The notes under the pieces: generated by a model
Database searches by the model: none
The model's input: only the letters and a program-made list of their open reading frames with translations
What the model was told of the DNA's origin: nothing
Shown here: positions 48,431 to 56,944 of the stretch, piece after piece
How positions within the stretch are numbered: the first letter of the stretch is position 1
Layout: each line of letters opens with the position of its first letter
DNA from: Chromera velia
Lineage: Eukaryota
Reading direction: 5' to 3'
NCBI GenBank assembly: GCA_018398765.1
Contig: JAHBMJ010000099.1
Coordinates: forward strand, 1 to 56,944
DNA length: 56,944 bases
Translations under genes and position numbers: made by a program

Positions 48431-50191
48431 AACAAATTAGATAAAACGCTGTCTGCAAGCTGTCTGTTCGTTTTTTAATCGATCTGTGCTTTTTGTTTTC
48501 TGAATTCTATCCGCCGCGGCGCCGCCAGTCACAGGCCACCAAGTTAATTTATGTGTAAGCTTCGGCCTCTTCTCGATCCACTGAAACGATTGACTCAAAG
48601 CAGCTCCGTCGACTTTGAACGATGCATGTGGCTGGCCGGGTTCTTTACCTGCCTGTCTGCATGGTTCGATGTACGTTTGCACGCTCTTTCATCCGACCGG
48701 GAAGGGGAAGAGCAAATGTGTGCTACACACGCGGCACAGTCATACCGTCGTTTCAACGGCACCAAACAAAACGACCGCACAAACGCGCGCACCTGATCAT
48801 CCATGCAGCCGTGCAGGTGGGGTCTTTTCATCTTCTCTTCTTCTTTCCCTTCCTTATCCTCTTCTTTTTTTATCGATTCTTCTCTCTCGACAGATCTTGG
48901 CACGACTGTACTGGAACGAGTAAATGCAGACCTGCAGAAGCGGATACAGACAAGAGTGCGAGCGAGGGGGTGGAAAGGAGGCGGAAAAGAAAAAGGAAGA
49001 AAAAAAAAAACCTGAGTGTGTGTGAGTGACCGTGTGAAAGATTCGATCGCGATCGCGTCGTTCGTGGAAAGGAGAAAGAAGGGAGAACCTGGAATGCGTC
49101 AGGGTGGTTTGCTTTCGTGGAGGAAAGGAGGGGAAAGAGAAAAAGGCAGGCAGGAAGAGAGAAAGAGCTAGGGGAGAAAGGCTGCATGTCATGTGCTGTC
49201 AAGAAGACGGAAACCGCCGTTCCCTTCGTGCTGCACATGCACCGTTCCCTTTTCCCAGTACTTTTCTTCGTTTATTTTGGTCTCTCTATGCATCTTTTCT
49301 GCTGCCCTCCCCTTCTCACCCGAGTCCCCTTTCCCCGCTTGCTTTGTTAGTAAACCTCTAATGCCCATCACGCATTTGTCTTTGTGTAGAGTCGAAGAAT
49401 TCCCTTCTCCCTCTCCTCCTTCTTTCTTGCTGTATATATGTGTGCGTGAGTGAGCGATGGGCGCGTAGGAGTGCCTTTCCGAAGGCTGACTTGACTGTCT
49501 CGTTCTTCTTTAAATTTTAGTTTCTCTGCGTCTGATGCGATCGTTGTCTGCGCGCGCAGTCAGACAGGCAGACAACTTGGAGAAGCAAGACAACGACAAA
49601 CAAACGGCAAAGCACACAGCACATACATATGGTCTGGTGACACGACAAGAATACATGGCTGGGTGGGTGTCTGAGATGAGTGCAAGACAAGAAAGAAGAG
49701 AATGGGGCCAGGAAGAAAAGGCGCAGAAGAGAGCGGAGCAGCTTTGTCCACTCAAAGAAGAAACTTGAAAGGAAAGAAAGGGACAGACAGAACTACCACG
49801 ACGGTCCAGACTGACAGGAAATGCTTTCCACCGTTTAGATCGATCAATCAATGACTTTTCTAGGCTGCTTTCTTTTTCAGTAGGCGGGGGACAATGGAGG
49901 GGAGGGATGTTTTTCTTTTTTTTATTCGTGAGCAGCAATTTGATGCACGCCATCCAGAGAAGAACAAGAAAGAGAGATAGGCAGGCAGCACGGCAGACAA
50001 TTAGACCGACGACAAACTGCGAAACCGCTTCGCTGTCACCGCTTTTCATTTCACACCTTCTGATGTCCCCCCCCGCCACCCCTCATTTCTTTCTTTTTCA
50101 CTTTTTACACGCACACGGCGACCTTGCTACCATCTAGGCGGGCGTGTGGTCGCTCGGCTGCATTGGCTCTTTGCTGTAAAGTAAAGAGGGT

Positions 50192-52921
50192 TTAGCCGAA
50201 GTGCAGCTTGGAGAGAGAGTAAAGGAGCGTTCCAAGGATGGCAATTGCACTGCCGATGTAACCCTTGGTGTCCACGGGGTTCTGGAACACAATGATGGTG
50301 ACGCCAATGATGACAACTCTCTTGATAGTGTTGGCCACCGCATGAGTGACCTGGTGGACGCTGCAAGCAAAGGAAAGAAAAGAGAAGAAAAGGACGCCAG
50401 AAGAAAGCAAGGAAGCGACGCGGCACAACAAGGTAAGGAGACATACACGAAAAGAAGCAGAAAAGCAAACGGCAAGAAAGACAGAAGGGGAAGCCAGTGA
50501 TCAGACAGAAAGAACAGAACGCGAAGAGAAGGACCAGAGTCCTGCTATCATGGCGGGCAGCAACTACGCTCAGGAGGTCCACCCTCCGATAGAGGCCAGA
50601 GTGAATCCCCTTAAGTAGAAAAACCCGTTTTCTTTTTCAACGAGACGAAGGGGAAGGCTCCCAGGAGAAAAAAAAAAGACATGGTCAAGTGCCGGGGCCA
50701 CAGCGAGAGCGCAAGCAACATATGACAGGCCCGAAAAAATGCGAAACAACAACACAAAAACCTGCCAAGCAACCCCACCCACGAACAACCATGTGCCAGC
50801 CATGCACCACCACCGTTTCGCTTCTTGAGAAGGAAAAAGAAAGAAAAAGAAGGAAAAGAAGCTTGAGAGACAAAACGAAAGAAAGAAAAAGAGAAAAAAC
50901 AAACGACGGACCAACCGTCCCAGAGCGACGTATGCCACTTCGTTATAGGAGTAGTACCAGATGCCGGACATCACCATAGGGTAGAGGATCTCCCAGGTGG
51001 TCTTGTCCTCCTTGGCGGCCGAGATGGCTGGTCCAAAGGAGGAGAATTCCATGATCAAGGCGCAGGGAATGCAGGCAATCTGCACACACACCCACACCCA
51101 CACACACTCACACACACACACACACACACAGAGAGAGAGAAAGAGAGAGAGTTCTATATGGTTCTTTCTTGTCCCCCCTCATCACGACAGACAGACAAAC
51201 AGACAGACAGGGCGGGAAGGATGAGAAGCAACAGCAAATATAAGCATGTTGTTGTTTTGTTCGTGCATGTCAAGATAAGCAGACAGTACGGAGCGCGGAG
51301 AGATGCAAACACAATACATAGCACACAGAGCGACATGCAGAGGGAGAGAAGAAAAGAAAAAGAATCAGTCAAGTTTCTGAAAAAGTGCCGACAGACACGA
51401 ATGCACAAAGGAAGAACATCGCACGCCGGAAAGAGGATGCGATTTGGAGGAGACAAAATCTGGCTGCTCGAAAGAGTGGGAACTTCCAGATTTGTGCTAG
51501 ACTGAGTGGGTACTGCCGGATTTCTGCTTCTACGCACCCGAACAATACCATGAAGGAGGGCGAGAACGATGTAGCGTGTTGCCTGGTTTCCCTTTTAAAG
51601 CTGGCACTGCACTCTGATTCCTTTTCTTCCGCCTCTCTGTGCCCTGGCCCTTTCCTTGAATTCTCCATGCAAGCAGCCAGTGAAGCCTTCCGACCGCCCA
51701 CATGTTGCCGCAGAAGGTGAACGGATGATGAGAGACGGTGGGAATCGGGACATGAAAGAAAAAAAAAAAGCCGAAAGAGAACCAACTAGCTGTAGCAAGC
51801 TGACTCACGGACTGACGGTCGAGACGATGGTGAGCATGCTGTACATGTTGGCAGGAGTCAGGTTCTCTCCGAGTTGCTTGGGGTCCTTCATCACCATCTT
51901 GGCGTAGATGGCTGCACGCACGCACGCACGCAGGAAAAAGGGCATTCGAAGAGACAAACAGAAAAGCCAAACAAAGCACTCAGAACCCGGAACGCTGAGG
52001 TTTGTTGAACCATCACCAGGGCGACGGGGAGGGGTGGGATCAGGCTGAAGGAACGGAAAAGTGGCGGGTCAAAGGGACACCAAAGAAGGAACAGAAGCAG
52101 AGAAACCAGACCAAAAGACGGGTCAACATCGCGTGACAAAACAACTGAAGAAGCCCGTGCAGCGTCTCTTTACGCTCATATACTTGCATGCTTTATTTCC
52201 AAAAACTCCCCACTCACCCACTTACCGCGAAGAGCAGAACCCATGTTAGACACGTTTGCACCCCAGAAGGCGATCCAGGTGAAGGACAGCTCGCTTGCGG
52301 ACGCCAAGCAGATACCTCCAATAACGGGGACAAGTGCAAGGTAAGTCCACACGGAGAAGTACTGGCCGAGGACGGCAGCAGAGAGTGCAGCCATAAAGGC
52401 AGGCTCCATTGCCTTCACAATCTGGACAAAAGACACGGCACCCATGCCTGCAAAGCAGCAAAAAAAAAAAGAAGAAACAATGAGAAAAAACGAACTGCTC
52501 AGTTACCCAACAGGAAAACAACAGCAACATTTTCATATTGTTTCTACACCCCCCCAACTGACTGACCCATCGCAACCACGGCACCGAGATGCACCAGAAG
52601 ATGGCAGATACCCTGGGGGACAATTCGGGTCCAGAAAGTGGAGGAAGTGTAAAGCTTAGGAGCCTGACGGAGGCCAGTTCCCCAGAGAGGAAGGAACCAG
52701 AGCCACCCAACAAACAACTGGATGATGGAAATCGAATAGGGAAGGTTTGCAATGTTGAGGGCCTTCTTGTTATCAACATTGTACAGAGCGTTGAGAGCAT
52801 ACCAAGCAAGGATAAGTGCTGCTGTAATGCCATTGTCAGCCATGGAATTCCCTGCCTCTCCGTGGCTTGCCTTGGAAGCCTCCCCCTTGAAGGTTCCATA
52901 CTGCTGTCCCTGTGACGCCAT
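50192..52921 (-). CDS. Plastid (apicoplast-type) triose-phosphate/PEP phosphate translocator, similar to Toxoplasma APT1 / Plasmodium oTPT; exons 52921-52567, 52447-52226, 51911-51817, 51079-50916, 50360-50192 (334 aa)
   Basis: WYALNALYNVDNKKALN, QLFVGW, PQGICHLLVH.GAV..MG.GAVSFVQIVKAMEP, ELSFTW, YYSYNEVAY, THAVANTIKRVVII. Phases are consistent; 1005 nt. Confidence 0.95.
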
Positions 52922-53386
52922 CCTTTCTTAATGGAAATGAAGGTGGAAAGACTCTTTGCGGAAGAAAAGAAAGAAGGCGTCTGGACCTGCTTCCACTCTA
53001 TATTACGTAAGGTATTCTTAGGCTGTGACACAACTGCGGTATTTCAAATTCTCCCGTTGTTGTTGTCGTGACGGCTGTGAATCGTTGTTCGAAGTAGCTG
53101 TCTCCGTCAAACTTTTGCACCCGAATTTTTGGCGTGCCCACTCCCGGTGCTTGAGGGGCTCTTTCTGGAAATTTTATATTGGGAAACTCGATTTGTTCGG
53201 GACGCTCGCACTCCCGTATGTGCACCCCGGAAAGTGTCGTTCAAGAGTTGGCCCCCAATCGGCAAAACCAACCCGCCGAAATAACGCCGACCTATCCCAG
53301 TACAAGAAAATCGGGGAAACCGCTCGATCCCTACAGATCTTCGACAGAGGAGCTCCTTGAGTGGTTCGAGAGAAGAAGTCAGCGAG
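52922..53386. promoter_or_regulatory. Compact bidirectional promoter region between the translocator and RPL36
   Basis: Head-to-head start codons at 52921 (-) and 53387 (+), separated by 465 bp free of microsatellites. Confidence 0.6.
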
Positions 53387-54255
53387 ATGTCCAACCCAGG
53401 ATTGAATCCGAGCGAGCTGCCGGGTGCCACGGGTATCCGCGGTGAGTCAACTTTTTTTTTGGAGCTTTTTTGGTGTACTTTTCATAAGAAGTAGCAACAT
53501 GCTCTGCTTCCTCCCTGTCCTCTCTGCAGTGGGTTTCCACAAGGGATTCATTGTGGAGAAGCGCAAGCTTGCCGCCAAGCCCTCCAACAAGAAGGGCGTG
53601 CTCACCAAGCGTACCAAGCTTGTGAGAGAGGTCGTCCGTGAGGTGGGTAAAGTCCTCTCCCCCGCTACTTCTTATGTCTTCTTTTCGTTCTCTAGACGTG
53701 CCGCGGCACCTCTGGGGAGTGAGAGATGTCTTTTGTACTGGTTGCATGTGCACCCCATTCTTTGCCACTGAAGGTGATCTGCCGAGCCGTTTCGACTCAC
53801 CTAACGGATGCACCTTCCGCCATGTTTGGGGTAGAGAGACAGTTCTACTGAGGCTTCTTAGGAACCCCTGAAGGAGGTGGTCTGACCACCATGGTGATCT
53901 CAGGGGGCCGATAGTCGTCCTACAATGCTCGTGTGTTCTCGTGGATAATTCATGAGGGGCGTTTGTTCCTGAGCTCGAGGGGCGTTTGGCGATTCTGTGG
54001 TACGCATTCGTGTGAGCTCTCACCTCAAAGCAAGTATGTACTCTGGCATTGTGCTTGTGTGAGGCTTGCCTGCAGGTGGCCGGCTTCGCTCCCTACGAGC
54101 GTCGTATTCTCGAGCTTATCAAGGTTGGCAGCTCTGTCACTTTGAAGCGCGCGCTCAAGTTCGCCAAGAAGCGCCTGGGCACTCACAAGAGAGGCAAGAA
54201 GAAGCGTGAGGAGCTGACAGATGTCTGGAACGCCATGAAGCGCAAGGGAGCATAA
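53387..54255 (+). CDS. RPL36: 60S ribosomal protein L36 (eL36); exons 53387-53441, 53530-53642, 54076-54255 (115 aa)
   Basis: [74 protein letters not shown]. Phases are consistent. Confidence 0.97.
53750..53927 (+). ncRNA. Intronic H/ACA box snoRNA, snR34/SNORA65(U65)-like, in RPL36 intron 2
   Basis: Two hairpins (ACCCCA/TGGGGT plus GAAGGTG/CACCTTC; CCCCTGA/TCAGGGG plus GGTGGT/ACCACC). ACA at 53922-53924 lies 15 nt after the upper stem. Pocket 1 (TGCCAC, GCCA) fits LSU UGGC-Psi-U-GUGGCA; pocket 2 (TAGGAA, GCCGATA) fits LSU UGUCGGC-Psi-C-UUCCUA. Confidence 0.88.
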
Positions 54256-54665
54256 ACCAGCGAATCAATGAGACAGCCTTCACTCGGAGAGAAAAAATCG
54301 AGTGAAAGAGGGCAGCTCCACAGCAGCGACAAGACGACGTAGATCGAACACATCAGAACCTGAACGCAGCTGCAGGCGCAAACCTTCCTGGTTGACAGAC
54401 GTTTAGATATCTTGCAAGGGATTTTCATTATTTCTAAGTTGGACTCTCCCTCTGCCCGAGCTTTTTTTATTTTCTTGTTCCATTCTCATACCCTTGTCTG
54501 CCATGCTTTGTCAGCAATCCCCGCGGCTCCATTTTGTGGGTCGTTTCGTCACCAACCCTTTCTGTTCCTGTGTCTGCCGGTGCATGCGTCTGGATACGTG
54601 GATGCAGACAGTGGGTATGGATGTATCCACGTATACATGCATGTTCGTGCATGCCTGAACACGTT

Positions 54666-54720
<55 letters not shown>

Positions 54721-55168
54721 GTGTGCGTGCGCACGTGCGCGCGCGCGAGTGTGTGCGTGTGCCTCCGTGTTTGTGTGCGTGTGAGTGTAAGCGCATTCAT
54801 CTATGTCTGCAAACCCAAGCTATCTGTCCGTTTTGTTGGGTCAATTTATTTTTTGGTATTTTAATTCTGTCTGCGTGGCTGCTTCCCCCCCCCCTTTTTT
54901 TCTCCCTCTTTGCAGTCTTTCTCTTTTTCTTCCCCCCTTCCCTCCCGGATTTCTTTCTTTTCTTTCTTATCTTATCTTTTCTTTCTTTCTTTCTTTGTTT
55001 CTTTGTGTCTTTCTTTCTTTCTTTGTTTCTTTTTTTCTTTTTTTCTTTGTTTCTTTGTTTCTTTGTGTCTTTCTTTGTTTCTTTCTTTTCTTTCTTTCTT
55101 TCTTTCTTTCTTTCTTTTCTTTCTTTTCTTTCTTTCTTTCTTTCTTTCTTTCTTTCCTTCCTTCCTTC

Positions 55169-55199
<31 letters not shown>

Positions 55200-55648
55200 A
55201 TTTCTGTCTGTTTGTCTGTCTGTCTGTCCTTCTTTTCTTTTCTGCTCTTTCTTGTCTTGAGTGGAAGCAGCAGAGGAGTAGCGTGTGAAACCAGTGATCG
55301 CGTGAAAGTCTGTCGGGAGGTGGAGAGGCAAGGGGCGCTTAACTCTCACCTTTCGGGCCCCCTGCCCACTTTGTCTGAGTTGTCGTGATGTTCCTTTGTC
55401 TTTGTGGCTCTCTTTCTTTTTGTCTATTGTGTCCATGAAGAAAAGAAGGGAGAAGAAGAAACATACAGTGTGTCTTTCTTTCTTTCTTTCTTTCTTTTCT
55501 TTCTTTCTTTCTTTTCTTTCTTTCTTTCTTTCCTTCCTTCCTTCCTCTTCCTTCCTCTTCCTTCCTCTTCCTTCCTCTTCCTCCCTTCCTTCCTTCCTTC
55601 CTTCCTTCCTTCCTTTCTTCCTTTCTTTCTTTCTTTCTTTCTTTCTTT

Positions 55649-55688
<40 letters not shown>

Positions 55689-55999
55689 TTCTTTCTTTCT
55701 TTCTTCTTTCTTTCTTTCTTTCTTTCTAGCTTTCTTCCTGGCTTTCTTCCCTCCTTCCTTCCTTCCTTCCTTCCTTCCTGCTTTCCTGCTTTCCTTCCTT
55801 CCTGCCTTCCTTCCTTCCTTCCTTCCTTCCATTCGTTCATTCATTCATTCATTCATTCAGACCTTTTTCTCTTTTCTCTTTCTAGCTCTCTTACCTCGCT
55901 TTCTCTCTTTCTTCTTCAGTTCTTTTTTTTCTTCCTTCCGTCATTGGTTTGTTCGTTCTAGTTCGTTCGCTCGTTTCCGATTTTAATTCTTTTGTAATT

Positions 56000-56944
56000 C
56001 ACTTTTTTTTTCCACTATGCTTTTGTCTAGGCTTTTGTTCCGTTCTCTCGATCGATAGTCTTCTCATTTCAAAACGTATGTGGATTTCATTTAAAAGATT
56101 CAAATATAAATGGGGAATCGATAAATTTAATCTATTTTCCTAAATAATTCTAGTTTATATTGATTGATCCAAATTTTGAATTGAATGAATTCTGGTTTAT
56201 TTGTGTGAGTTCAGTATTCAACGCACACGTTGCAGTTGTTCTAAATCCTTAGCTCTAGGCGTGGGATAGTGACCCCCCCCCATGAATGTGTGCTCTGGGT
56301 TGTCCTCAAAGCCTTGCTAGTGGCTTGGGATTTGGCGTTGCTAAATCTAGGATTTAACCCTCAATCATCATCATCATCGATTTGATAGGATTTGATTTAA
56401 TTTGATTTGATTTTAGCTTCAAGCTCAAATCTGACCAGATTTGAGGTTGAAGTTTAGAGGTCACTCTCGACAGCACTCAAGGCGACATAGCACAGTCGAT
56501 ACCACTAACATATCCTAGAAAGCCCTAGACACAAGAAAATCACTAAAAACTAGACTAAAAACTACATTAAGACTCTCAAAATTAATGAGCTATTGTCAAA
56601 GCTAAGAGTTTACATAAGTAAAGAGCTTACAATTATATTACTCCGTCTTTCTGCAGGCCACACTTTCTTCACATAGCCGGCACTATATACTAATACGGCC
56701 TTCTTGCTAGCCTTCTTGTTGTTATGACCGGTGGGATTGTTTGACATCGTTGATCGATTTGATAAGGGGAGACCCAAGAAGGGCCCAAGCCTGGCAAAGA
56801 AAGAAGCGTAAAAACTGTCATAGGATAATAAAGAACCACTTTGCTATACGTTATCAAAGCGTGACTAGAAAGAAAATGAGAATTAAATAAATTGACTTAA
56901 TCGAAAATAGTGCTAAGCAAAAGAGAATGGTGTGTGTCGCTTAC
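56000..56944. mobile_element. AT-rich degenerate block running off the window end, probable transposon relic
   Basis: AT/TpA-rich with no ORFs; short (TGATT)n and (ATC)n runs. Confidence 0.35.

Overview
Eukaryotic nuclear DNA with spliceosomal introns full of microsatellites. It most likely comes from an apicomplexan-related alveolate; a chromerid such as Chromera is my inference from the APT1/oTPT-type plastid phosphate translocator, TGCATGCA motifs and CxH-CxxC repeat protein. Most short ORFs in the track are microsatellite artefacts. Genes reconstructed by hand from splice sites and exon phases: ATG7 (minus), a 16-exon type-I-membrane pepsin-family protein with both catalytic motifs degenerate, an unknown ~600-aa protein (minus), a probable multi-C2/transmembrane (MCTP-like) gene, a likely mitochondrion-targeted protein, a plastid phosphate translocator and RPL36. 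RPL36 intron 2 hosts an H/ACA snoRNA whose two pockets match the snR34/SNORA65 targets. Accessory DNA includes a 659-bp MITE with 29-bp TIRs and an 8-bp TSD, several AT-rich relic blocks with an apparent C-to-T (RIP-like) bias, and a decayed non-LTR retrotransposon 3' end. The top candidate for a novel system is an intact ORF (40302-41969) with eleven tandem 18-aa Cys/His zinc-binding repeats, variable only at fixed positions, fused to a virus/phage-type HNH endonuclease: a ZFN/TALEN-like architecture inside an otherwise decayed island.
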